From contig DF237067.1 of assembly GCA_000708835.1 (NCBI GenBank), positions 124,001-188,000 of the forward strand: a DNA stretch of 64,000 nucleotides. Reading direction: 5' to 3'. Positions 34,559 to 48,749 of the stretch are shown here, piece by piece. The notes under the pieces were generated by a model. That model made no database searches, was not told the origin of the DNA, and saw only the letters and a list, made by a program, of their open reading frames with translations. The position numbers and the translations under genes are program-made. The DNA is from Klebsormidium nitens (lineage: Eukaryota; Plantae; Klebsormidiophyceae). Numbering within the stretch: position 1 is the first letter of the stretch; every line of letters begins with the position of its first letter.

Positions 34559-37500
34559 TCACTTCTTGACCACCCCCTCCAGCTCGTCTTCCATTTCCGC
34601 ATAGATCTCCTGCAACTTTTCGATGGTTTCCGGGTCTGCGTTCCACAGCCCGCGGCCTGCGGCTTCCAGCATACGCCGCACCACGTTCTGGAACGCCTGA
34701 GGATTTGCTTTCCGCAGCATGGCTGCCATTTCGGCGTCCAATGCATACGTTTCCGCCGCCTGCAGAACGGAAGTCGAAGCGTCAGCAGCCTGTCGACTGG
34801 AATAGTACGTCGGCTTCACGCACGTCGGCATACAATACACCAGCATCAAGGTTGCACCATGTGACTGGGCCCTCGTGACTTAGCGAGTCGGCAAAAAGCA
34901 CTGATGCAGATAAACACGACATCCACGTCTTCAAACTCTTGCCTGCCTTCGCGAAAGTGCATCGCAAACTCTTATCAGTAGGTCCGACTTCCATCTCCGG
35001 TACAGCATTGATAAGAGTCCTGAACGATCCTGCTTGTAAGCAAGTCAAGCCGTAAAGAACCAGGAGCAGATTTCCAAGTTAATTGCCCCTCCCCCGTCGC
35101 CTCCTCACCTGGTCGTACACCCAGTCCTCCTTGAAGTCCGCGGTCCCCCCCCACCCGACCAGCGCGGTCATGCGTTGCGAGATCTCGAACGCGCCCCCCG
35201 ACCCCTGCGCCGCCATTTTCTGCGCCCACTTGGGGTTCAGCAGCTTGGCCCGGTACTCCAGCCGCAGCGTCTGGTCCAAGCCACGCGCGGTCAGGTCCTT
35301 CCCGAAGCTCTCCACGATCGAACACTGCGTCTGCAGACATGAAGCGACTAAGACGTTTAGCAAAGGATGTTTGAGGATACCCCAGAGCGGTCAGACTGAT
35401 TTGGTAGCTCCTCCCGCCATGAAGCGGCCGATATCTCCAGGAGACGCAAGAAAAGCAGAACGCCATGCACTGTTATCAGGTCGCGCTAAGTAAAAACCCA
35501 GTCAAGCGTCAAGCGTCCTATACTAAATCACAGCTGTCAGAACAGGCGAAAATGGGCACAGCAATGCGCTCATGCTCAATATTGCCGGCCACGCGATCTC
35601 TGAGCGACCTATACGAATTTCGCCCATCTGCGACTGTTGCCCAGCCCGGGAAAGATGAGGTATTTCCGCGGCCGCACCTTCTTGCCGTCGCGCAGCGTTT
35701 CGGCGGCGGCCTTCATGGCCCCCGTGTTGGCGTAGTACTCCTGGATGTCCGTCAGGCCGTACTCCACGCTGTCAATCTCCTGGACGATGCGGTCCGTGCT
35801 CGCGAGCAGCGCGCGCAGCACCTCCGGCCGCGCCACGCCCTGCTCGCCCCTGGAAGAGAATAGCGGGCGACCAGGTTTGCCAGCAGCGACAGAAGGGCTA
35901 AAGAAGCAAAACCGCGCGGACTAAGGCTACGTTCACAAACCTTGTTTGAGTGGGCGCTATGAGGCGGGCAAAAGAAGAATGCAGAGAGGCTGCTGATATT
36001 GCTGGCAGATGCTTTTTCGACACGTTATGCACGGCCAGCTGTCCATACCATAGGCGGATCGAGAAGCACGCTTTGCGCGCGTCCTCACCTGCCGTAGCTG
36101 AAGGAGTTCCTGGACTGCCACGTGTCGCCCAGCTCCGCGCCGTCGTTCCAGTCGGAGGTGCCCACCCGCTCGTTGACCATGGATCCGTAGTCCCCCGCGG
36201 GGTTTGAGAAGATGCGCGCACTACTATTCTCGATGCCCTGGGACTGCGCGCATAAAAATAGAGAAAGCATGGGTGGGGTCAAGGGAGCAAATAAGTCGAG
36301 AAAACAGGGACATGTTAAGCAGGGGCGTGGTTCGGCGGTTTCTCTGCGAGCTAAGACGTGTTTCTATTGGCAACGAGAAGAAGGAAACGGAGTCCGTGAC
36401 CTGCGAAACACTCATTTCAAGGGGCGCTTGCAAAACTGTGGTGACATGATAGCTGACGGAACGTCCCTTTCGCATCTCTAAGAGAGACTGCTCTGCTTTG
36501 TTATGTTCCCTGATGATTTCCTCTTGCCTGAAGGCTAGCCTGCCGCTAGGTACAATAAAGTCCGATCCGACCCAACGAGATGCAGAAACATCCCTGTAAT
36601 TACCCATCAGAACCTTTTGAGCACTTTTAGACCCACTTCAGAGTCATCATCCGCTGACGTCAGCCTGACGCGAGCAGCCCACCTGCAGCTCGAGTGCGTG
36701 TTTGCGCACGTAGTTCATTTCCGGCGGCTCGTCCGCTTCCGCGGCCCGGCGGAACAGGTCGTCCAGCAGTTCCACCACGTTGGCAAAACTGTCGCGGAAG
36801 ATGCCCGACAGGTTGGCCAGCACGTCGATGCGCGGCCGCCCCAGCGAAGGGAGAGGGACAAGCATGAACCGCACGATCCGGCCCGTGCCCTGTGCCGAGT
36901 TTAGAATGCGTGTTAGACGGGTCTCGCAAAAGAATATCATTGGCTTCAAGGATTTGGGCTTTGGTTTTGAAGGTCTCAACTCTCAGGAGACGAAGGAGGC
37001 GTTAGTTACGAGTGAAATAGGCAATCAAGCAGGCTACTAGCCTGTCCGACCAGAAGAAGACGACGTCGACGAAAGCGCGAGGAACCGACTGTTTCCGGGC
37101 AGGAAACACCTTGCAGACCAAGCAGAAGCGACGTTACTCGAACAATTTCTCAGGGCCGCCCACGCCCTAGAATCGTGAAGTGAACAACCGCAAGTTCAGC
37201 GCACCTCTTTCACCGGCGTGGCCCCCACGAGCGCGAGCGCGATCGCGAGGCTCTCCCCGCGCGTCTTGATCGCGTCCAGCCCCCACAGCATGACGGCCAC
37301 CGTCTCGGGATACGCTCCTTCGTGCTCCGCCCGGTGCTGCTCCAAAATATTGGCGGCGACGGCGGATCCCCTTTCCCAGGCGGCCGCACTGGGCATTCGG
37401 TACGGGTCCAACGCGTGGATGTTGCGCCCGGTGGGAAGAACCCCGGGGCCGTCGCGTAAGAGGTCGCCGCCGACGGCAGGTAAAATGTACTCGCCTGGAA

Positions 37501-40500
37501 ATAGCAGAACGGAGAGGAATTGAGTTTGACACCCCCAGCGAATTCCTCCTAGGAATCTGGCTCTTCCGTACAAGAAAGTCGTGGGAGATCTGCAATAATG
37601 ATTGAGTTAGAGAACTGCAATTACCGGCGTGTTGTAGGTCTCCGGCAGATATGACCGTCAATGACAAATTGCCGCAGAAGCAAAAGCCGTGTCTTCAAGT
37701 GCCCGGGTCATCTATTGTAGTGTGCAAGACAGAAAGACGCTGAGCAAGTCAACGGCGGCACAGCCCCGTATCCATTGCTCTCAAACAACGTAGCCATTTC
37801 TGGACTTGATCCGAAACGTATGCATCACTGAGCTATACGGACAGGTGGATTTAACTACTGGTCGACAGTCCTATTCAGCAAGTCGCAACGAACCAACAGC
37901 CGAGAAAAGGTGGTAGAAGTAACCTGAGTTCTTGGACGGCCGAGCTCACCGTTGAGCGCCTTGACGACGGAGTCCATTTCCTCGGTATTGCGCATCAGCA
38001 GGTCGCGCACCTCCAGCGCCTCGCGCACTTTGGGCTCGTACTCCTCGCGCACCGCCGGCACGCCCTCTTCCCGGTACAGCTCTTCCAAACGCGCGCGCAC
38101 CTGAGAGGAGTGGGAAAACGCGCGCAGCTTGAAGGACCACACGAATTCGGTTGAAGGCAGCCTCAGGGAGCGGAAAGACAAAATTAAGCGGCGAATGTCG
38201 ATCTCGAGCAAGTAGTCAATCTACGCCGTCTCAAGTGGAACACACTACACCTTAACCAACAAGATGTCGTGCAAACAGAACCCTCTGTTTGTCGTCCTTG
38301 AAGAAAAGTCTTTCACTGTTTCCTTTTCTGGAAACATCCCCACCTCGGCTAAACCTCCCGGCGTGCTTGCAATGGCCTCGACCGCCCGCTCCGGAAGGTC
38401 GTCCCCCAGGTAAGCGGAAAGATACTGCTGCATCTGTGACGGGAGAAGGACAGGATCCATCTCAAATCTTCGCCTGCAGAGTCTGTGTGATGACTGGTGC
38501 TTGCTTCGACGGGCATAAGACGGGCTTCAGAGCAACATGTGAGGGTTACGTGCAAATAGCGGCAGATGGGTATGCGGTCTTCAACAGTTTCGAAGAGGAT
38601 GACTGAAAGAAGTCGTCTCCTTGGATCGTCAGTCGCGTCAGTTCTGTACCACATGCCAGAATTGAGGTAAGAAGCAGGGAAACTTTCCAAAAGTCCTCGG
38701 ATGATTTACCACCCCGGCTCAACTATCTCGCAGTTTGTCTTTTCAATCAACTTTGCCGTCTTGTGCAAAGCTCATGGCGGCAATTTTCGGGCTTTCAAGG
38801 TGTCCCCAGTACCGACCTATGATTCGGAAAGAAAGTTCCCCCTCACCTGATCTACAGTGGGTGGCTCCCCCAGCGTGTGCAGCCCCTCCGAGAAGAGCCG
38901 GTTCTCCACCACCGACAGGTACTCGTACAGCCGGCTGACGTACGCATCGAACTCCGCGTCGCTGACGGTGCTGACGTCATCTTCCCCAAGCGTTACGGCC
39001 TCGCTGCCGGGCGTGGCCTCTCGGAAGGGGCAGTCCGAGTCGAGGCCGCTCGTGGAGAGGACGCCCACGATGGACCCGCGCAGCGACGCGTTGGCAACGG
39101 GATCCTCCCGGTACTCTTGCAGCTGCGCGCCGGAGCATGGGGGTTCGATCGAATGAAGTTGCGAAGACTCGAAATTTGGTAAACATATACGGTGACTTTC
39201 TTTGAGATCTTGTATGAGGGACACGGCCTGAGTGCCGACGAGATGCTTTGAGAGTCTTGAGGAAGTGACGGGTTTGCGGCGTGCGGCTGGAGTCATGCGC
39301 AGGCTCCCCTGGCCCGGATTGCTCCCAGAAATTGCTTCCAGCTAAGGGTTCGGATGCACTTTTACAACTGGTCGTGGGCGTCGTCTAAACTCGTTTGTCT
39401 GATTGCCCTGCGGCAACAATCTCTATTACTTATTATTCCTCGCGACCTGGATGCGCCTCGGAGCTTGGGCCAACAGAAGCACGCTTGATCTTGTTGGATC
39501 TACCTGCAACCTCTTGCACTGCCAGTGTTGGTTTCTTTTTGTGCTCTGTTCGTGTCCCGTATAGTTCTGCACACGCAGTAGCTTCCTGAAAGCAAACTCT
39601 AACGTAACGTTACTTTCCGAGAACCTGAGGGTTCGGAAACAGTCCTCGAACAAGCGCTCCCTCACCAGCTCCCTGAGCGACGCCAGTTCTTTGTAGAGGC
39701 CGGCCCGGCCGTATGGCGGCACGTTGTACGACACAATGGTCCCGTAGCCGCGCCGCTTGGCCACGATCGACTCCGACGGGTTGTTGGCTGCGTATATGTA
39801 CACGTTGGGCAGGGCGCCCAGTAGGACGTCCGACCACGAGGAGCCTGCGGACGGAGGGGAGGTTGTAAGCATGACGTCAGCAATTAGGGTTGGGTCAGAT
39901 GACGTCAGCAATATGAACGGCAGCCAACTCCGTTGACTAGCGCCAAAAAGAGGTTCCAGCACACGGGTCCAAGACTCATTTAAAGGCCCTCCAGAATCAC
40001 CAAAGTGGCAAAATCACGGGCTTTCCAAAGCCAAAGATCTGCTTGCAAGGCAAAAGGAATGTGCGGCGGAGCATGTGCGGGGTGCGCGCTTACCCGTGTT
40101 CCCCAGGGGCGACCCCGGCAGCCATTCGACGGTGCCGTGCATGCCGAAGTGGATAACAGCGTCAGCGGCCATGTCGTTCTGGAGCCACTTGTAGAAGGCC
40201 GCGTACTGCAAGCAACAACCGGGGAGCAGCACTGGAGTGAGAGGGCGAACTAGAGGGGGAAGTAGACCTGTCAGCTGTCCTCGGTTATAGCCCACCGTCT
40301 CCTGCCGGAGCGACTGCTCTAGTAGCATGCTCGTGACGAGCAGGTTCGGATACGGAAACCCTGGTGAGCTTTCGACTTTGGTACTTCTTCCGCACGTATT
40401 GGTGATGCATCAACGAGCACCGGCCGATGCGTCAGTGTTGCGCACCATGTGACGTCTCCAAAAATCAGAACCTAGCACGGGTGGCTCACAATGCACAATC

Positions 40501-43500
40501 GTGATCAACAAACAAGAAAGCATGATCAACTACCGCAAGACGCAGCATATTTCAAGGACAAAGCTCGGCGCGGGCCTGACCTGGGAAAGATGCAGGCTGC
40601 CTCAAGGCGGATGCACCAGTCCACACACCAGGTTACTTCGACACCCTCCTGAAACAAGCATGGCGGGCTAGGAACGGTGCAACCAGACACAAAGAAACGT
40701 GAAGAACCAACACATATGAAACCACGCAAGGCTGGCTAAGATATTGCAAACGAGAACAACGAGAGCAGATAAACGCAACACGAAAACACGCGGAATAAGC
40801 GTTACGCGGGCCTGACCTGCGGGTGCGGCGTGAGGTCCCGTTCAAAGAGCAGGCGCATGGGGTCCCCCTCCAGGCCCAGCAGGGGCTGCACCGCGATGAA
40901 CACGTTCCCCAGCTGCACCCCGCTCACCACGCTCGCGCCCGTCGCGTCGCTGCGGATGCCGCGGTAACGGTGCAGCTCGCCCCACGTGCGCTCCATGCGG
41001 CCGGTCAGCGTCTCGCTGTGACGGAGCAGTTCGGCTTCAGACTGGGCGGTTACTTTGAACCTCTGGTCAGGAGATAATCTGGCCGTTCCCGAGCTGGAAA
41101 AGACCAGAGTATCTCCCGCGGTGCCAACCGACACACATACTTCTGCTCCGCCTCCAAAATGATCTTAAAGAGGAGACCAAACGAAAGAGAATGTTCTGTC
41201 TTTCGGAAGTGCGACGCCGTTCTGAGAACTTATCGAGAACCTCTCCAAAACATCACATCTTTCGTCAAGTGCCCTCAAAGCCCCGGATTCGCAAGCAGCA
41301 GCCTCAGCCGAGAGGGGTATTGTTAGCATCACATGAACAGCAACGTTTGGGCCCGACATCATTCTCGTCCCATTGACCCATCCCCAAGCTCCTCGCTCAC
41401 CCGATCCATCGCTTGAGCGTCCGGTAATCGACGGTCTTAACCAGCGGTGTTGTCGCTTGCAGCTGCCCTCCGTTTCCCTCCACTCGCGTCCGCGCATATG
41501 CCAACGCATCGTCTCCCCCCGCCTCGCCCTTCATCAGCACCCGCTCATCGTCCAACTGCTTCAGCACCTCAATCAGCTGCTCGCCGTTGATGCCGTCGGG
41601 ACCATCCCCCAAATCATAGCTGCAAGAACGGAACACTTTGTCTTGTTATCAAGGCCTTCAAGACTCTGGAGGTGAGTTTCTGAACGACTTTAGCCGCTGA
41701 TGTGGCAGGATGGAAGACAGTCGGAACGAAACGACTCCTGTCCTTTGTTTGCTGCAGCTTTCGGCAGCCCGGTTCGCGGTTCGTACTTTCAGCCGAATCC
41801 GATATGTTAGAAAGGTTTCCCTCGCGAAGGGATGGATCATAGAAAATGATGTTTTGTATCATTCAGCTGGGGCTGACTATCTAAACAGGGACGTCGGAGG
41901 AAATTGACCCTCAATGTGCACCTCTAAGAATCCTTCACGCTCTCAGGTGTTTTCTTTGAGAGTGCTCGCTGCAGCTCTTCGTCGAATGAAGCCCCACAAA
42001 TGCTTTCGCAGGTACACCAGCTAGTAAATTCCAACCCTCGTCTGCACGCACTGCCTCAGACCCAACATCCGGTCTAGCTCACGTTCCCCATGATCGGCCT
42101 CACCCCTCTTGTTTGAGCCGCCCGAGGAGCGCCTCCAGCGACCGGGGCACGTTGAGCAGCGCCGCAGTGCCTGTGGCCCCGACGCCCGGGGGAAAGCCGT
42201 AGAGCACGATGGCCACGTTGCGCTCGGACGCGGGCTTGGCGCGCAGGGAGATCCACTTCTTCAGGCGGGAAGTCAGCCGGCGGACTCGCTCCGGCACCTG
42301 CACGAGCGTGCCGACGTCAGCCGACGGGTACGTCGTCATCTTCCCTCTCTCTCGTGGTGTCGTGGGAGCAGGTTTTGCAAACCTAAGAATAGTCTGCCAA
42401 TCCTTTATCCATTTGAGAGGGGGCTGGAAAGACCCGACGGAGGGACCTGCGCAGAGACAAGCAGTCTCCCTGACACCCCAGATTGAGCGACGGACACAGA
42501 ACCAGTTCTGAACTGCTCAAGCAGGACTTCGGACAGTTCCGAAGAGATGTTGAGAAACTCTTGGTCTCGGAAGTCAGAACAGAAGAACTGCAAATGCACA
42601 GGTCGTTGCAATTCCCTGTGTTATTCGCGAAGGTTACACACAGACAGGGACCACAGGACTTCAAACGGCTTCCGAAGGGATTCGTAAGCAACTGGCCACA
42701 AAAAACGAGATTGCTTCAGCACAAAGAGAGGAACCCGATGAACATCATTCGGAACAAAGAGGTTGGCGGGCCGCACCAGGTGGATGCCGTCCCCGACGAG
42801 TCCCCCCAGCGGCACGGCGTCAATGGCCCCGTCCAGCTCGGGCAGGCTGTACAGCACCACGCTCTGCAACCCCTGCACGCCATCGCGCAGCCAACTGGGA
42901 ATGTCCTGCACGGCGTTAAGGGGGGGTGATGTTTCAAGGAATTCGGAGTTTGGGGTGAAGAGAACTCAGTAGGCTAGGCGGCAGAGGAGAGTCTGGTTCG
43001 AGAGAGTAATGAAGGCCGCAAGACGGTTCCTCCTGTTATTTTGCAGGTGATTCTCGACAACAAGGGAGCCTATTTGTCAAAGCTCCCCTTGGTTCGAATG
43101 AACAGATTTTCCACGAATGAAAGATAGTTTACCCTTCAGCAGTGCGAAGTACAAAAGGTCACACGATACTGCAGGTGCTGGCATTCTTGAAACGTTCCGG
43201 ACCATGATTGTCACCCGCCTCTTTCAACAGTCCCTCAGCACCACCGTGCACTCAAAGCGGAAGTGAACTGCTGAACACAGCCTTTTGCAAGTAATTTTCG
43301 CCGAAGCACGTGCATCCGGCATCTCATACAGCTCCAAAAGCCCCAGACCGACCAGAAACCAATCTGAGAACGGATCTCAATCATTTGCCGGTATTCAGAT
43401 CGTAGGTATGTCAGAACGAACAACCCACCTGGATAAGCAGCGGTGCCGAGACGACGTACGGCACGTTCTTGGCGCTCAGGATCTGCTTGGCAATCTCCGC

Positions 43501-46500
43501 CTGGCGGCCCCCCTCCATAGTCCCTGCGGGCCCGCCCACTAGCGGAAAGCCCACCGTGCTCACCACAGCACCCACAAACGCTGCGTCCTTCTTCAGCGAC
43601 GGAATGTCCAGAATTCGTCGGCTGCGTCGATCCTGCAGGACCAAACGTGATATGTGTCAGTCTTGTTAGCTGATGCTTGCCTTTCCAGGCTTTGCTGTTG
43701 TCATTGCTGGGCGTTTGCTTATGCGAGAGCGGCTCTTAAGAAGGACCATCAGTCGTTAACGGCTGTCTCTAAATTGTCGCACTTGTTAGCACCTGATGTA
43801 AGAAGGTTGCAATGACCATGGAAAAATTGCGGAACGCCCTTCGCACTCCTTCTTCACACTCGTCGCCAAGAGACAATGACCGGACGAGAGAAAGCGGCAT
43901 ACAAGAGCGATATGCAGTCCGACCTTTCTTAAACGCCCTTTCCGCACCTGCTCATACTTAGTCGTCAGCAGGTCCCGCACGACCGTGTGCGCCTCCACGC
44001 CGTTGATGAAGATGGGCAGCGGCCGCAGGCCGTCCGATTCGAAGGCGCGGATCAACCGCGGAATGTACTTCTGGTTCGTGATCACGTGCTTGCGGTACAA
44101 TAAGATGGCCACCGTGGGAGCGCCAGGTGGCAGCGTCTTATTGGTGCGGCGGTGCCACGAGAGATATGCGGACGTGCTCTCGAAGTAACCGTCTGCAGGG
44201 ACAAGGAAAGATGTTCAAGCGAGTGTTTGCTGGACGTCGAGCACTGCGCTGAGAAACAGGCGTTCCGATTGTGAAGCAATCGAGACAGGGCTAGAATACC
44301 GATGACGATTGAGCGAAGGTTAATCTGAGAATACGAGTGGGGATAATCTTAGTCTGTTCAGGGGTTGGCAAATCCAATATCACGTGTTTGAAGGGGAATT
44401 GAGCCACAAGGAAACATCAATTTTAGTCGATGCCGAGATATAGAGACTAGAAGCTGCATACCGTAGTCGGGGTGATACAGCCCCAGCGCGGGCGTCTCCT
44501 TGAGGGTGACGGGCGCGAGGCCGGTCTTGACCAGGTACTCGTCCGTGAGGTACAGCAGCATGCTCACCACGTTGTCCAGCCCGCCCTGCGCACCGGCAGT
44601 CAAATGGGACGTTCTCAGTGTGCGGCTGGCGAGCAGGTATTGTTTGGGCTGTGATTTTACTTCGTCCTCAAAGGTCTGCCACTCGCGAATCGCACTTACG
44701 CTTTCAGGTGACCAAGAGACGCCTCCTCTTCACAGCGGGGGCCCAATGCTTCACACCGCCTCGCCAATCCGAACATAAACTACAGACTATCAAAGCCTCG
44801 GACAGATATTTCGATCGGTAGAATGATCCGACATCTGAGCCTTTGTTCTTAATTCCAGTCCGTGAAATAAACGGGCAAACGACGACGGCCTTGATCAATG
44901 CTGCGCTTGGGGACGTCGAATCAAAGCAGGTCACATGGCCAGGTTCACACAAACGACTCCTTATCTGGCATCTTTCTTCCGACTCGATACAGTCCCACTT
45001 TAAAATCCCGCAACCTGCAAGGTTCCAATGAGAAATCTACCGCCCTACACCCCCCCAGCCCCCAAGCGCGGCGCCCCCACCTGGTTCCAGTAGCCGTAGA
45101 CGGTGAGCCAGTTGCGCAGGTCGCGCACTTTCTTGCCGGGAAGGAAGCGCAGCAGCTTGGGCCCGATCTTGAGGAAGCTCAGGTACCCCACCATCTTGTC
45201 CTCCTCGCGCCCGCCGCCGAACTTGCTCAGCACCGCCTTCACCGGCGCGGGCATGCCGCGCTTTTGTCCGCCAGCCATTGTGAAGCTGCGGGGGAAGAGC
45301 ACTAGGGATCTCGAAGTGGGCCTTGGACGCGTGTCTGTTCCAGGCAGTCTACGATTCTGGGGGCGCGAGTCATTCGTGCTTTCGATCTGGTCCGCTTTTT
45401 CCTGCTTCAAAGGAAGGCTCACTGAGTGTGCACTTCTCGAGCTTCGAGATTCGGCGTCCCTTTTCTTCTCTTCAAGAGCCAACGAAGCATGCGAATGTTG
45501 GAGCTGACAGTCTGAGATCTCTCTGTGATCGGCAACAGAGCAGGGGGGCGGTGTCGGAAAAGTAGGCGGGACGGGGCTTGGTCAGGAGCTTAAGGCAGAG
45601 GCTTTGGGGGATGCATTGCCGAGAGAGGCAGCAAGTCCGAGGAACATTTGCGGACATCAAAATAGAAGAGGAGAGGGCGGAGCCTGGTAAACAAGATTTC
45701 CCGATGGAAGCTCGGAGTCACGCACGACCTTGAAACCTTCTGCAAAGAGAAGGCCGTTAATGCAACCAGGCTCAGATGCTTGAGGGCATAGGGCTAACAA
45801 TGGAAGGCAGGAAAGGGTAGAAATCAGAAGCTGTAAGGCTTGGCTTCCATGGGGTTTGAAAGCAACCACGCGCACCTGCCAATCTGCGTGGTAGACATGA
45901 GCTCGAGGCTGGACTCGAAGCAGAGCCGCACCGGGATGTTGCTGACCTTCTCCTTGAGCCACTCACACTGCACAGGCCGCGCAAGTACTTCAGAATTTAG
46001 TTTGGGTGCGTCGGAGTCGGTGGGCCACTCTTGTAAAGCCAGAACATGAAAGCCCGCAGTTGGAAGTTTGAAAACGTCCATAATTGAAAACACGCTCGAA
46101 AATGAGGGTGATGCACCTCAAGATCCGGTCCCTTTTATAAGAAGTTCTCCTCAGAGAATCTGGGCAATGCAATTAAGTCCCCCTTCTCAGCCCAAGCTGT
46201 ACCAGAAATGCTATCACATGATCGAAAGACAGCAGAGCCGACGGAACCAATCAATTGACAACTGATGGTCAGTCGATGGCCATCTGACAGCAACTTTTTG
46301 TGCCCCCACAGGTTGACGCTCTCACCTGATCGTAGTCGAAGAGCAGACTTCCAAAGAAGACGTCTGCCTTTGCCAGGGCTGCTTCGATCTGGACAAAAGA
46401 AACGCTAAGAGTTGACACCGAGCCGGCTGCATACTTTTCAATTCGTTCTGCCAAGAAATTCGTCCTGCCGAGAGAGTTCATCACTGTTCATCATGCCCTC

Positions 46501-48652
46501 TTTAATAGGCAAATCACACTTTTGCCCACTTGCCACCGCTGAAGCTCATAGACTGATCGACAGAGATATACTCACCTCTTTCTTCTTTGTGTTGATGTCC
46601 CTGTCACTGAAGACATCCACACGTATCCCTGGAGAAGCAGTGCACTCGTGATCAGAGACTTAGCATACTTGGCAAAAGATTGTCAATCCAAACATCCATT
46701 TCGGCCGTAATTCCCGTCTACCAAAACTTGGTAGTGTAAAGGATAGGCTCAAAAGTTCTGCACCATACTCTTAATGTTACACATCAGAAAGGCAGCACTC
46801 TTCCGCTTCCTCCTGGACAGTGTCTTAAAGCTCGCCCTTCATAATCCTTTCAGTACCCATTCCATATGCAAAGAGCACCGCACCTGGGAACCTCTCCCGC
46901 ACTTGCGCTGCCGCTTGCTTGTAGAGCGCGACGTTGAACGACTCAAACCCAGAGATCAACACAATCCTGGCCTCCCGCCCCTCCACCAAGTTGCGCACTA
47001 TCTCCTCCTCCTCGCCACCAACGTCCACTTCTGGAACAACACTGGATGCGCTCAAAGCTTCCTGGACTTGTGCCTCCAATCGTTTTGCCTCCTGCACGAA
47101 GACAGCCTAGCTCTGAGAGGGGCCCTTGGCGTGCTTGCTACCAGGTAGAGGACAAGCGGGCACAATAGGAGAGTGGGTCAACTAGAAAATGGTTGCGAGG
47201 GGCTCTCAAAGTCATTTGTTTCTTTCAAGACTGCCTGATTGAGAATCAATCAGTGGTTTTGCGGATAGACTGGCTGGCGCATGGTTGTGACCCCAAATGC
47301 TTGAAACTTCTTGCAAACCGTCTGGAACTTTAAGCCCACTGATGGCCGAAGGTGATATCACCTCAACTCCCTGATTTCCACAGAAAGAAGGGGCATGATC
47401 CATATGTGGGCACAAACCTGACATGCTGTTTTTCTAAATTATGACGATGCCTAGCAAGGTTTCCTCAAAGGCTCCGGGACTGCAAGTGCCTCTACTATGA
47501 TTAACAAAGCATAGAAGCAGTAAAATCTGCAAGTGTTTCATGCTTCTTGAGTGAAGAAGCTTGGGTTTTCTTTTTGAAGCAACGTAGTGCATCTCTCACC
47601 CCCTCTGTTGTTTTGAATGAAGGCTCTACAGCAATCATACCTTGGCGATGCGGTCCCTGGTTAGCTGGAGAGGGTGGATGTTCCGTTGGAACGCCTGCCA
47701 CTTCTGCCGGTCCACCGAAGCTGCACCACAAGCAATGGGCCTCGAGGGTCAAAAGACTGAGACATCTGAGGAGCCCAAGCATTTGAATTTGCAATTCCGC
47801 CAAACGATAATGTCCATTTCCAGCGCAGTCAAATCCAAAATTTGTTCACTGGCAGGCAATCACTTGAAAGCTACAGTACTTGATTGCAACCACCACCTGC
47901 CCAATTCTCGCGACCGCCTCCAATGACCAACTAATAATGACAAGAAAGGCCACGATTGACGTACCCATCAGCTGCTTCATCAATGCTGGATCGCTCCGAC
48001 CAATTTCCCGCCATGTCTGCTCAGAAACCTTTTCCAAAACTCTCCCCTCCGGTTTGACCTCCTGGGGTTTCTGGAACAGGTTCTGCAGAAACCCAGCCTG
48101 AGCAACGACTTCTCCCTCTTTCCTGCCCTCTTTCTCTACCCCCTGCTCAAGCTGTACATTCGAAAATGTGCAGTTGTAAAGGTTGTCAATCTCTGTCTGT
48201 AGCTGCTGTAGTTTGTCGGTCTTCTGCTGAAGCTCGCTCTGCAGTTGTCTGCTCAGCTCAGAGCCGCCTTCCACGGCCGCCACAAACTCTTCTGACCGGC
48301 TCGTTTGACCGGCTTCGACCTCTCTTTCCGTGGCTGTAACTGCTTTTATTGAGCTCCTTCGCTGTGATATTCTGGGCGTCCTTTTTTGAATGTTTACAGA
48401 AGTCCCCAGAAAGTTGCTAGAAGGGGGCAACTTGCAATGCTGGAGAAATGCTGTGCCCGGCACTGATTGGTTGGTGAGGGGGGGTGAACGTCTGCGCCGA
48501 CCACACCCTGCATTATGGACCTCTCTCCCGCCAGCTTGTACAAAAGAAAAGGCTGACTGGCGTGCTCCTGCAGTAGAAAGGGAGCCTGCAGGCATGAATC
48601 TGCTTGTTATGCAGCCATGAAAGGCGCCTTGAACAGCTGTGGTGGAAGCCAT
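34559..48652 (-). CDS. CHLH2: Magnesium chelatase subunit H paralog (CHLH2 / cyanobacterial second-BchH type, CobN/Mg-chelatase family), ~1583 aa, 25 exons
   Basis: Exons 48652-47965, 47720-47641, 47091-46884, 46628-46576, 46388-46326, 45967-45876, 45285-45081, 44585-44462, 44192-43948, 43632-43429, 42905-42777, 42297-42104, 41619-41401, 41015-40817, 40205-40094, 39844-39666, 39122-38847, 38433-38344, 38100-37950, 37494-37205, 36889-36683, 36237-36089, 35849-35678, 35330-35109, 34759-34559, all phase-compatible. Motifs [128 protein letters not shown]. Exons 1-2 rest on phase only. Confidence 0.93.
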
Positions 48653-48749
48653 GATGTGTCACTGTCAGGACTCAGCCTCCTCAAAAATGCAGCGCTTCGC
48701 AGAGTGTTCCAGACTGCATCATGTGTTCCCAGTGATATTTAGCGTGCTA

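Noticed and set aside
47212-47424. Possible extra CHLH2 exon starting at cag|GGAGTTGAG (~47370), encoding [21 protein letters not shown]
   Set aside because: The acceptor is phase-compatible, but I found no convincing phase-0 GT donor, and exon 47720-47641 joins 47091 cleanly without it.
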